Source of the DNA: the human T2T-CHM13v2.0 reference genome, Homo sapiens
DNA length: 64,000 nt
Assembly (NCBI RefSeq): GCF_009914755.1
Contig: NC_060931.1
Strand: one strand, 5' to 3'
A program made the position numbers and the translations under genes. The notes beneath the pieces were generated by a model. The model was not told the origin of the DNA and did no database searches. It saw nothing but the letters and a program-made list of their open reading frames with translations. Below are positions 14,450 through 27,440 of this stretch, piece by piece (the first letter of the stretch is position 1; every line of letters begins with the position of its first letter).

Positions 14450-15050
14450 ACCCTTCTTTAGATGCTCTGAGATAAGTTGGTGTGGCATCCAAAGATGAAG
14501 GATGTGCTGCGGATATGATCAGATTACACCAGAGTACAGGGAGCCTGTAATTCACATACACTGAATATTGACTTTAATAAGTTTGCCTTAGCTCTTTAAA
14601 TGGCCACATCATATTATTGCCTCATATTAGGTTTGTGATCAATGACTACCTACCTGCCTCCCTTGTGCCACAAAATCCTTTTCACATAAATTGCTCCCAA
14701 ATCAGTACTCCCTCTGCAACCATTTGGCATTTGTGCAAGTGAATTTCAGAAATTGCTGCTGGGCTTTGCATTTATACTTGTTAAATGTTATTTTCTGGGC
14801 TTCACCCAAGCAGCCTAGACTATTGAGATCATTGTGATTTTGATTATGTCGTCTGTGGCACGTGCTCTCCCTATCAGGTTGCTGTCGTCTGACTAATTGA
14901 TTGACAGGTATTTTCAAAAGGACAAGGTCAAGGACAGAATCCTGTAGCCAGGCAGTGGGAACTTTTCTCTGAATTGACACAGAACCATTAATCTTTGATT
15001 ACAGCAGTTCAACTGGCCATAAATTTGTCTCAAATTATTGTCATCTGATG
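14450..15050 (-). mobile_element. CR1/L3 LINE reverse-transcriptase relic
   Basis: ORF 14702-14980(-) QDSVLDLVLLKIPVNQL...NDLNSL...ITFNKYKCK resembles CR1 RT QGSVLGPVLFNIFINDL...DLDRL...MxFNxxKCK. Confidence 0.75.
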
Positions 15051-15729
15051 CTGTGGAAGTGCAAGAGACAGAGTGATTAGGAAGAGTCAGTATTGCGAAG
15101 GTATCATTATCTCCAGACGAATCTCTAAACTGAATGCAATGCCAGGCAAAATCCTAACAACTTTTTTTCATAGAACCTGGTGGGCTGATTCTAAAACTTT
15201 TTACGGAGAGCAAAGAAAGGAACAGGAGTATCCAAGTCAATTTTGAAGAAAAATAAAAAAAAAACCAAAGGAATTGATCTATCAGAAATCAAGGCTTATT
15301 ATAAAGCTATCATGATTAGGACAGTGTGGTATTGGCACAGAAAATAAAAAAGAGATCAAAAGAACAGAAAAGCAGTGTCAGATATAAAACCATGAATATA
15401 TGGGTATTTGATATGTGACAAGGTGCATTGCAAATCTTTAGGAATGCATGGGCTATTTAACAAACATCACTGGAAAACTTGGTAATCTATAATGGAAAAA
15501 ATTCTATTTCAAACTTATACCAAGATCGATTTCAGGACATTAAACGACAAAAATGTGCAAAAGAAAACTTCAAAGTATTGGAGGAAAGTGTAAGAGAATC
15601 TCTTCATAACCTTGGAAATAGGAAAGGTTTCTTAAGATGTCAGAAGCAGTAACTAAAATGAGAAATTGGATAGGTTTGACTATATTAAAATTAAAATGTT
15701 CATCAATTGAAGTATGAATTAAAAATCAA

Positions 15730-16034
15730 GGCCGGCGCGGTGGCTCGCGCCGGTAATCCCAGGGCTTTGGGAGGCCGAGGCGGGCGGATCACGAGGTCAG
15801 GGGATTGAGACCATCCTGCCAGCACGGTGAAACTCCGTCTCTACTAAAAATACAAAAAATTAGCCGGGCGAGGTGGCAGGCGCCTGTAGTCCCAGCTACT
15901 CGGGAGGCTGAGGCAGCAGAATGGCGTGAACCCCGGCGGGGCGGAGCCTGCAGTGAGCCGAGATTGCGCCACTGCACTCCAGCCTGGGCGACAGAGCGAG
16001 ACTCCGTCTCATAAAAAAAAAAAAAAAAAAAAAA
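15730..16034 (+). mobile_element. AluY SINE (Ye-like diagnostics)
   Basis: CpG-rich, gaatggcgtgaaccc, gggcgaggtggc, gcggagcctgcag; long poly-A; TSD aaaaatcaa. Confidence 0.95.
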
Positions 16035-16163
16035 TCAAGTTGCAGAGTTGATAAAGATATTTGTAAAGCTTACAAAAGATAAATAATTAGTATCTAGAAT
16101 GCAAGAAAATCACTTATAAATCGATATGAAAACTACAAATAATCTAAAAGATATTACCAGTGA

Positions 16164-16484
<321 letters not shown>

Positions 16485-17266
16485 GCCAGTGAATTTTATA
16501 AAGAGGAATCTAAATGACCAGTGAATACATGAGAAAGTGCTCAACCTCCTTAGTAAACAGGCAATGCAAGTTAAAATCACAGTGAGATACTTTTCTGACT
16601 GATCAGATTGACAAAATTTAGGAAGTCTGAAAATAGCAAGTACGGGTAACAACGTGGAGCCAGGGGAACCATCATATACTGATGGAGGGTTTAATTGGTA
16701 TCGTCGTGGAGAGAAAGTTTGGAAACTGCTAGTAAGCTGGAAATGCACATACTGTGTGAATACAGTAATTTCACTCCCAGGAGTGAATTCTACAGAAAGT
16801 CACGCAGGCCTTGGGAGGCATTCCCATGAGTGTGGGCTAACATTGTTTGTGAAAATGAATAATTAGAAACAACCTGAAAGACCACCAACCTAATTATTTC
16901 GACCTAAAAGACCATTGACAGGAGAATGAATGAATAAAAAGTGAAGCATTTATTCAAATGCTATAGTTTCTGGTAACAGAAATGATTGAATAAAATCGAC
17001 ATGTATAACATGGATAGATCTCAAGAACATGATACTGATTAAGGTGATCTGTCAAGTACACCACAATTTGATCTTTACAAATTATATGAATGTATCAAAT
17101 TATCATATGTACCCTGAAACTATGTACATCTATTATGCATAAATAAAAAAAGCAAAAACAACAAAAGAAACCAAACCAACCCACAATGCTGAATGAAGAA
17201 AGCAAGTAGCAGAAGGATACATATAATGTGATGACAGGATTGACATAAAGTTTAAAAAGATGTCCT

Positions 17267-17798
<532 letters not shown>

Positions 17799-18120
17799 GA
17801 ACATATGTGTAGTGGCTAGGCTAATATACAACGTTAATGGTGTACAGAAAGAGAAGCTTATTTTTGCCATTTGAAATGCTAGGTAAGGAGTCCAGGGCTT
17901 CTGTGGTAGTTCAACTATCAGCAGAGACCCAAGATCCTTCCCTGTGTGTCCTGTGTCATCCTTACAATGCCCTCACTTTCCATCTCATGATCTGAGGTGG
18001 TGCTTCAGCTCTCATAATCACATTTTATTTCCAGCCAGTAAGGGCTGGAAGAAAGAAGACTGGCTACATAGGTGCCCTCAAGTAAGGCAAGACCTGCCTG
18101 CAAGAAAGCTGGGAAATATA

Positions 18121-18390
18121 AGCTGGGTGCGGTGGCTCACGCCTGTAATCCCAGCATCTTGGGAGGCCAAAGTAGGCAGATTGCTTGAGCTCAAGAGTTT
18201 GAGAGCAGCCTGGGCAACATGGCAAAACCCCGTCTACAAAAAATACAAAAAATTAGCTGGGCATGGCGGCACACGCCTTTAGGGAGGCTGAGGCAGGAGG
18301 ATCAATTGAGCCTGGAGGTTGAGGCTGCAGTGAGCTGTGACTGTGTTGCTGCACTCCAGCTTGGGTGACAGAGACCCTGTCTCAAAAAAA
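18121..18390 (+). mobile_element. AluJ SINE with small internal deletion
   Basis: Alu dimer; TSD aaagctgg(g/a)aaatat. Confidence 0.93.
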
Positions 18391-18456
18391 GCTGGAAAAT
18401 ATGGGTTTCACTTGGGCTACCATGGGCTCCTATTGCTGTGTAAAACAGGAAGAATC

Positions 18457-18758
18457 GGCCCAGTGCAGTGGCTCATGCCTGTAATCCCAGCACTTTGGGA
18501 GGCCGAGGAGAGCCGATCACCTGAGGTCTGGAGTTTGAGACCAGCCTGACCAACATGGAGAAACCCTATCCTTACTAAAAAATGCAAAATTAGCCAGGTG
18601 TGGTAGTGCATGCCTGTAATCCCAGCTACTGAGGAGGCTGAGGCAAGAGAATCGCTTGAACCCAGGAGGTGGAGGTTGCGGTGAGCCGAGATCGTGCCAT
18701 TGCACTACAGTCTGGGCAACAAGAGTGAAACTTTGTCTCAAAACAAAAACAAAAACAA
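18457..18758 (+). mobile_element. AluSp-like SINE
   Basis: ccagcctgaccaacatggagaaacc, ggcaacaagagtgaaact. Confidence 0.95.
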
Positions 18759-19569
18759 CCCAGAAAAGTGGCTGTGGGGACCATACAGAAGCCTCTGCCA
18801 TGAGTCCATTTGTAATGATGGATTAAAGACGTGAAAAGGGAAGAAGAACAGTGACTGGCTCTTTACCTTTAGGCAGGATGGTGGTCACTTTAGGCAGGAG
18901 GGAATGCAACTGGGGAGTGGTAAAACAAAAAGAGACAAACTAAACAGCTGTGTGCCCCGGGCTATAGATTCAAGATGTAGTTGTATGCCTTTATGCCTTC
19001 TGGCAGCAGAGGTGGAGTCAAATCTATATCTATCACAGTTATGCGTATACACATATACACATATTTAATTAGAAGAGAGTGGAAAAATCCAAGGAAAAAA
19101 AATCAAAGGTGGAATAAGAGTGATATGAGAAGATAACTCAGAAGAAAGACAACAAAATATGGAAGCGAAACACCCGTGTAAATCACAGTGTGTTGGTACA
19201 GAATCTTATTAGCTGAACACAGCTATGGTTAATGCGGTATAGATTCTTGAGCAGTCACTTTATTATGGGTGTCTATTGATGGTGGCAATTGGAGCCAGCA
19301 GGTCAAAGGACTTGGGAAACACTAGAAACATATTGCCTGAAAATATGCCCTGGTTATTTTGTCCTTTGAAATCCTGATAATAAATAGAGAACATTTAGGT
19401 GGGAGCTAGAAGAATTGCACAAACATGCATTGGGTCTCAAAATATTTTTGTGGTCACCTGGGGAAGAAGTTGAGCACTGCCCTCATTTGGAGTTTCTGTT
19501 TGAATGGTATTAGGTGCCCTGGCACAGATAGAGATAAATGGAAAAAAGCAGAGCCCCAGAACTTACATA

Positions 19570-20090
19570 GGGAATCCTTAGACGTAGGAATCACCTTGCC
19601 CTGCTGGTGGGTATGTAGACTGTGCAACCATTCTGGAATCATCTCACATGATTTAGTTGTTGAGAATACATTTTCCATATAGCCCCCAAATTCCACTTTA
19701 GGGCACATATCTCTCCCCAGTTCTTTCACAGATCCATAGTGGCATGCATGAGGGTGCTCATAACCCCATGTTTCATGAGGCTGGTGGGGAAGGTGCAGTT
19801 GGGGGCAATCTGGGTTCCATCACCAGGAGACGGCATAGTACAGCATGGTGGATGCTTGCTATGGACTATTGTGCAGTGATTAGAAACAGAGGACCGGATA
19901 TGCACATAGTAACATGGAAGGATCTTAAATACAGACAGCTTCTTGAAAAGAGTTAAGAAAAGGGGAACCAGATCTATAGCACAATAATATTTATATAAAT
20001 GAAAATGTATGCTCACAAAACCACAGTACACATTTTTCAGGAATGTATACAAATGAAAGGATGCACATTAGAATCACATGTAAATGCTCG
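19570..20090 (+). mobile_element. Ancient L1M 3' relic
   Basis: ctgctggtgggtatgtagactgtgcaaccattctgga, atggactattgtgcagtgattagaa, aacatggaaggatcttaaa. Confidence 0.7.
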
Positions 20091-21866
20091 CTTATGAGGG
20101 GATGGGAGGGACTACCATTGTGGAACCCCCCACTGGTGACTCCATGGGGGTTTACTTGGATTGCCCCCTCCGTCACTCTCAGTACCCTGCATTCCTGCTG
20201 GCTCCTGCCAGCTTGGGCTTGGATGTGCCCACTTTGACTCTCACACCCTCCCTGGATTTGGCATCTCTTGTTTTGCTCTCGGTCTAACCACAGCCATGTC
20301 CTGAACTCCACTCTACCACATAGACATGGCTTTGACATCTTGCTATTGCTTTCTGGGTTTCTGACCATCCTGCTCACCTTCTGGCCTTGCCTTCATTACT
20401 CCCGGCTCATTGCTGACAGCTTGTAGTGGTCTTGCTCCATTACCCGGCCATACATGTCAAGTGGTGTGTGGAAAGTGGACCTGCTTGAAATTGTGTGATG
20501 GATCAGTGATGGCCAAATAAAATCATGCTTGCCTCAATCTGCTGTCTCTCCAGACCATTTGTCTACCCTCTGCCCTCTATTCCCCAGGTGAGGAGCTCTT
20601 GCTCTGGAGGGCATGGACCCTGTCTGTCTTTTCCTTTAACACAGAAAGCCTTTGACTTTTATTTAATACTTTCACATGCTAATATATTTTAATATAAACT
20701 TCCTTTTATTTCAGAAGCAGAGTTAGATAATTTTAAATATACCAAAATATTGAGTTATTGAATAGAGGGAGGGAGTCTACCCCACATATCCCATGACCCT
20801 TATGTCATGAGCAGCCTACTTCATCCAGCAGAGTGAGATACATTTTAGTAAGCTGGTGACATCACTTAAAGGCTCAATGGCCAAGAGGTTACCTGGAGGG
20901 AAGAGATGGATAATTAGAAGATGCAAATCTCTGCCTTCCACTTGCCTTCAGTTGAGAATCAGTTACTTGGAACTGCTAGTCTTTGTGGCTCTTGGCCAAA
21001 GTTATTTTCCATGTTTCTTGGACATGATGCAGAGGAGGGCTGTGTAAACACATGTGTATGGGATGGGTGGGTGGGTGGGGGTGTGTGCGGTCTATAAACT
21101 ACAGAACCAACAGAATGCCTGACCACATGTGTTCCTGGCACCAATTAGGCCTCCAGTCTGTCTGACCCAGCCTGGTTGATGCAGGGCTCAGTGCCAGGCA
21201 CAGCAGCATGACATGAGGAGTGGTGAGGACTTGCTTCAGTGCTTGATGACAATCTGCTGTCTGTTCTCTAGGGGGGAAAATCGGGCTGCTGGGAAATCGT
21301 AGTAATGCCACCAGAAGTCCATAATGAATAAGAATTGACTCAGTGATGATGGTTGCAGTCAGTAGGAAGATGGAGGCTAATTAAACACCAGAGCTGTGAC
21401 TGGGAGAGGCTCTGCCTCAGCTGTGGCGATGACACCACGTGGCACCATCACTTGGCTAAAGTGTAAATTAGCCTCAGCCATGAGCAAGTGCATTAAAACT
21501 ACCTCATCATGATAGGAAGGAGTTCACAGGCTACCATGACGATATTTTCAGAGCCCAAGACATTTTGAAAAAGGAAGTCTGACAAAGGAATCTGGGCTCC
21601 TTGTTGATGCAAGAGGCAAAGGGTAGGGGGCTACTTTGCATATGAATATAATATAATTTCTCAAGTGTTTTGTGGCTTATATAAAAAATAGGTCACAGTA
21701 TTGAAATCTGGATTACTCTGGAAAGTCCAGGCCATGTGGTCACTGTGATATAGTAAAATGGTTGATACAAGATGTTTTGAAATATAGTGACAATAACAAA
21801 TCAATAAAATGCCAGTAATAGACCAATGGTCTGCTGTTTGATGAGTCCAATTAAGCAATGGATCCT

Positions 21867-22160
21867 GGCCAGGTATGGTGGCATGCCTGTAATCCCAGAA
21901 CTTTGTGAGGTTGAGGGGGGAGGATCACTTGAGACTAGGAGTTCAAGACCTGGGTAATATACTGAGACCCCGTCCCTACAAAAAATAAAATAAAATTAGC
22001 TGGGTGTGGTGGGTACCTATAGTCCTGGCTACTTGGGAGGCTGAGGCAGGAAGATTGCTTGGGCCCAGGAGTTTGGGGCTGCAGTGAGCTATGGTCACAG
22101 CACTCCAGCCTAGGCAACAGAGTGAGACCCTGTCTCTAAAAACAGAGAAATAAACAAAAC
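21867..22160 (+). mobile_element. AluJ SINE
   Basis: Alu dimer with J-type right arm; TSD caatggat(c/t)ct. Confidence 0.95.
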
Positions 22161-22289
22161 AATGGATTCTTTTGATGCTGCTGATTCTCTCAGCAGAAAC
22201 AGCTCAGAAAGACATGCTGGGAAGTTATGTATTGATTCTGGTGGGAGGGATAAATTCAATGTCATGAAATGTCCTTGTAATAAGGAGGT

Positions 22290-22505
22290 GGCAGAGTATA
22301 ATGATTATGAGTTTAGGCTACCTGGGTTCATATCTTGACCTCAGCACCTAATTGTGTGAGCTTGGGCAAATAGCTCAACTTCTCAAAGTCCTAGTTTTCT
22401 TTTCCATGTATTTTGAAAAGAAATGAAGTAATCTATGTAGGGTGTTTAGTGCACAGTGGCTGAAACATAGAAAGTGCTAAATAAAATTAGCTATTTTAAT
22501 CATTA
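22290..22505 (+). mobile_element. MIR SINE
   Basis: cctgggttcatatc...tgtgtgagcttgggcaaatagctcaacttctc...gtgctaaataaa. Confidence 0.75.
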
Positions 22506-23619
22506 TTAGTCTTCCACTCTGCCATTAAATATCTTAAAAAACTAAGTATTTGTTTTTTATCCAGTTGGACTCCTAGATGCATAAAATCCCAACCTCAACA
22601 AGGACAGTAACAGTCTATAATAATTGACTGAACATTATATGGTAATGAAATCATACGACCAAATCTGTGAGCTGCCCTTGAAAATCAATTTTTTTTTTAA
22701 CTGTAGACTTAAAAGGAGCAGAAGGCTCAGTCCAGGCGGTAGGTGTCTGTGAGTGGAGACTGAGGCTTTGGCCTGAAGCAGTCCCTCTTGCTGGTGACCA
22801 ACCCAATTTTTCCCTAGTCACAATCCCTGATTTGCTTGGTGGTCTAAAGTCACCTTGAAAAAGAATCAGGTTTCAGAAAGGGACAATGGAATGCTGGTAT
22901 GGGAGTGGGGTGATCATGTGGAAGGAAAGAATCTGGTGGTGGGATAGACCAAGCCAAAGAAAGACAAGGTACCCTGGGAATAATAAGAGGCTCTGCTTGA
23001 ACTCACTTGCCTCAAACCTGCCTCTGGAAAGGAGAGGGCAGTCTGGTCAAATACAAAGAAAACATTTCCCTCGGGATCCGTGAAACCACGTTAAAGGTCT
23101 CAGTGGTGGGACTGAGAAAAGCAAGACATTTTCTTTCTAGTTGGAGACAAAGATGGATATGAGGTCATCCTAGCAGTGGTCCAGTATGGATGGTATCAAA
23201 GCAAAAGGGATCCAAAGAGAGGTGAGGATGAAGTGAAGGGCACAGCCATGTAGAGCCTGGCTCAGCAGCTGTGAGGACAGAGCTTTGGGCTCACCATGAA
23301 GGTCGTGGGAGGTACTCATTCCTCCTCATCATCACCGAGATTCCAGGAGAGGCTAAGAAATGGGATAGGCTAGACTTCTACCTTTTGGTAGGTTATTGGG
23401 GGCTCCCCATCCACTGGGCTCAGGGACAAGTCGCAGGGACCTAAGGGATAATGGGGGTATATGGCAAACACAGGTAGAAAAATGTCAACTTCAGTGAATA
23501 GTTGTTCAATGTCCACATTGTTCTATGTAGAATATGGACCATTAAAAGTTCAATCACTGGTATTTCCTAGTTATCTTGAGGCTTCACAGAGCAAAAGTCT
23601 TATGGGGCAGGGGAAAGAG

Positions 23620-24270
<651 letters not shown>

Positions 24271-25251
24271 CTGTCACTTGCTGTTGGAAATGAGGACTGT
24301 ATGGGGCACTGTTAACAGCATTTTCTTTCGGGAAGCAGCTTTTTTCTCCCTACTTTATAGAAGCAGACGCTGCCCTAAGAGAGGGTGACAGGTTCGGCAT
24401 CCCCAGCATCTGAGTAGAGGAGCTGGTGTCTTAATTCCTCCCCAGGTCCTCCATGGGCACTGACATCATTCCTATGTCTAACTTGGGCCCCTCTCCCAAC
24501 CCTATGCCTTTCCACCTACCCCCTGCCCTCTCCTCACCGCCCTCTCTGGGGCCATTTCTGGATCCTGAGACCCCAGCTCCTCCTCACTGCCCTCCGGAGA
24601 GGTTTGGCTTCAGTGAGCTTTCTTAAGTATTTATTGCAGGGATAAGAGCCTGCTGCCCCTGATGGGTGCTTGGCTGCCAGGAGCTGGTGTAGGAGGAGGT
24701 AGTTTGTATGCTAATCCGCTGATTGCCTTTGATTCTTCCGGGAATTCTACTTCAGCCTTTTTATCTGCCCCTGGGGAGAGACCCCCTAAGCTCTTACCAT
24801 CTGCCCTCTGCCTGCCCCTCCCACTCTGGTCCCAGACCCACACTCAGTCTTCCCAGAGAGACCCATAAAATTTTATTCAACTCATTATATCCCAGGCAAA
24901 AGCCCTATCCTTCATTTTGAGAAGAATGTCCAGATTCAAAAGTGTTGTAAGAGTCAGGGAGGTGGATAAAGAAGGCTGGCGTGAGCTGTCTGGAGGCAGC
25001 GCTTGAGGGCTGCTCACAAGGGTTGTGGAGGGAGAGCCCAGACCTTCCACCAACCATTCTTTTCTCTGCTGGGAGGGAGGAAAAGCCTTGGTTTTGAGCC
25101 CAGTGTTCATTCCCAGAGTTTCCTTCTGAGAACTGGGAGGTGATGCTATTGTCTGTCCGAGATGCATGGCCATGGTGATCCAGAATGTCGCAGGATCAGG
25201 TGCTTAATTTTTCAGGAGTCTGTTAGATGCAGCCTTGTTGGTTACCCTCAC

Positions 25252-25420
25252 CCAGTGGTCATGACCTTGACATGTGTTATCATCACTTGGGGAGCTGTAA
25301 AAAATACTGATGCTTGGGTCACTCTCCTTGAGATTTGGATTTAATTGGTCCAGAGTGTGCCCTGAGCATTGGGATTTTTAAAAGATGAATCTAACATGCA
25401 TCTAAGGCCATTAACCACTA
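25252..25420. mobile_element. MER5B-like MITE
   Basis: cagtggtc...atcacttggggagctgtaaaaaatactgatgc...ttaattggtc...aaccacta. Confidence 0.65.
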
Positions 25421-25438
25421 CCCCAACTCAGGTCATAA

Positions 25439-26202
25439 TGTTACCAGATGGTCTTTGTTCTTAGAGCTCCCAAGATGGTGGTGGCCGCTCCTAAGATGGC
25501 AGAAGGCCTTTTGTTGTCCGACCTGGGGTTCTTGGCCTCACGGATTCCAAGGAATGGAACCTTGGGCCATGGGGTGAGTGTTATAGCTCTATTAGAAGCT
25601 GTGGGTCATAGAAGAGAACCATGGAACCCAGCAACTAGTGTTCAGCTCAATTAGGATGAACCTGGGCACTTAGCTGCGCAGGAACAATGGTGAGCTTCTG
25701 GCTTGATCAGGAGCAGCAATGGGCGCCTCTCTGGATCAGAAGCACAGTGGACACCCTGCCGGATCCAGAGGGGTGGGAGTCAACGGCCAGTCTGCGATGG
25801 CGGCATTCAGCAGTGGTGGAGGGCGAGCGAAAGCTCAGCTTGAGCCAGAACAAACACGGACCAGAAGAGTGTGCCCTTGCAAGATTTAATAGAGTGAAAA
25901 CAGAGCTCCCATACAATGGGAGGGGACCCAAAGGGGGTTGCCCACTCCTGGCTCGAATGCCTGGGGTTTATATCCCAATCATTGTCCCTCCCCCTGTGCT
26001 CTCAGATGATAGATGATTTGACTATTTCTTTACCTCCTGCTTTTAGTCTAATTGGTATTTTAGCGAGCCCTCTTTACTACCTGATTGGTTGGGTGTGAGC
26101 TGAGTTACAAGCCCCATGTTTAAAGGTGGGTGCAGTCACCTTCCCCAACTAGGCTTAGGAATTCTTAGTCAGCCTAAGAAATCCAGCTAGTCCTTTCTCT
26201 CA
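25439..26202 (-). mobile_element. HERV-W 3' LTR (LTR17), complete U3-R-U5
   Basis: Reverse complement begins tgagagaaaggactagctggatttc and ends ...gtaaca; CCAAT 26084-26088, TATAAA 25967-25972, ATTAAA 25885-25890 on the minus strand; polypurine tract adjacent at ~26203-26215. Confidence 0.96.
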
Positions 26203-26261
26203 GTCCCCCGTCTCAACAGGAAAACCCAAGTGCTGTTGGGGAGGTTGGTTGACGATCACTC

Positions 26262-26489
26262 TTAACTGCTTCCTGCTGAATTGGGGCGTAGTAGGGGTTG
26301 TGCAGCTGAGATTTCCTTGGGAGGGGTGACTTCGATGTCATTAACATTGGAGCATGGACTAGCAGGCCAGTTCAGGGGTACACAGTAGATCTTAGTCATG
26401 GACTGCATCTGGGACTCCATTTGAAGAATGATTTGTAGTTTTGCAGTTTCAATGGTGGAAGAGGCAAACTTAACAAGGAGGTTAAAGAT
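26262..26489 (-). pseudogene. HERV-W env cytoplasmic-tail remnant (syncytin-1 paralog, not ERVW-1)
   Basis: IFNLLVKFASSTIETAKLQIILQMESQMQSMTKIY...EISAAQPLLRPNSAGSS* matches the HERV-W Env C-terminus. Confidence 0.93.
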
Positions 26490-27132
26490 CAAGGGAGTGA
26501 AACATATGGCCTGCAGTGCAGGTGATTATTTCTTTGGCACACTTCACAGGCCCTGAGTATCTACTTGATAGTTTTGAAAAGGCCTAGTCCAGTAAATAAT
26601 GATTTGGCCATCTGATGGGGGCTATCAATGCCTAAATGAAAGGTTTGGTCAAAGGTTTTAAGTACTTTCCATTGGTTAGCTGCAGGCAAAAGTATTTTTC
26701 TTTCTTCAGTGGCTAGCCATCCTGAGGGGAGGAAACTATGTCCTTGTGAGGTTCTCCATTCTATTTCTTCTGCTGAGTACTGGGGCTTGGTTTCCCGGAG
26801 GGGATTACCCCATACTAGGGGTCCTTCTATAAGCATTTCCAATGGAGGGTCCCGCCTTGCGGCTCTTTTGGCTTCAATATCCGCTTGGCGGTTCCCTTCT
26901 ATTTCCCTTTTCTTTCCTTTTCTGATGACCCTGGCAGTGTAAGACTGCCACCTCTTTAGGTTTCTGTACAGCTAATAATAATCTCCTAATGGCTTCCTGA
27001 TATTTAATAGGTGTTCCCTTGGAAGTTAGGAATTCCTTTTCTCTCCATATTACTGCGTGGGCATGGAGGACTAGGTAAGCATACTTAGAGTCTGTATGTA
27101 TATTTACCCTTTTTCCTTTTCCTAATTCTAGT
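26490..27132 (-). pseudogene. HERV-W pol remnant (RNase H C-terminal half and integrase zinc-finger region)
   Basis: NIHTDSKYAYLVLHAH near 27060-27105; ORF 26561-26842 EGPLVWGNPLRETKPQYS...QTFHLGID; ACEVCQ near 26535-26552. Confidence 0.9.
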
Positions 27133-27440
27133 GTATAATGGCCCCTGCTTTTGCTAGGATGTCTCTCCCTAACAAAGGAGTGGGGCTTTCAGGCATAATT
27201 AGAAAGGCATGTGAAAAGAGTAAACTTCCCCAGTCACAACTTAGTGGCTGGGAGAAGTATCTAGTGACTGCCTGTCCTAGGACCCCTCGGATACTGACAG
27301 ATCTGGAGGACAGTTATCCAGGACAGGAGAGTAAGACTGAGAAGGCTGCACCAGTGTCCAGGAGACAGTTAACCTGGCCCTCAATGGTCAAGCATACCTG
27401 TGGCTCTGTGAGGGTGATGGCATAGGCTGGTGCTTGCGCC
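27133..27440 (-). pseudogene. HERV-W protease remnant
   Basis: Minus-strand ctcctggacactggtgcagccttctcagtc = LLDTGAAFSV active-site motif; PTPLLGRDILAKAGAII. Confidence 0.88.

Noticed and set aside
26262-26492. Syncytin-1 (ERVW-1) gene
   Set aside because: Only the cytoplasmic tail remains, it lacks the ERVW-1-specific 12-bp deletion, and the provirus has no 5' LTR
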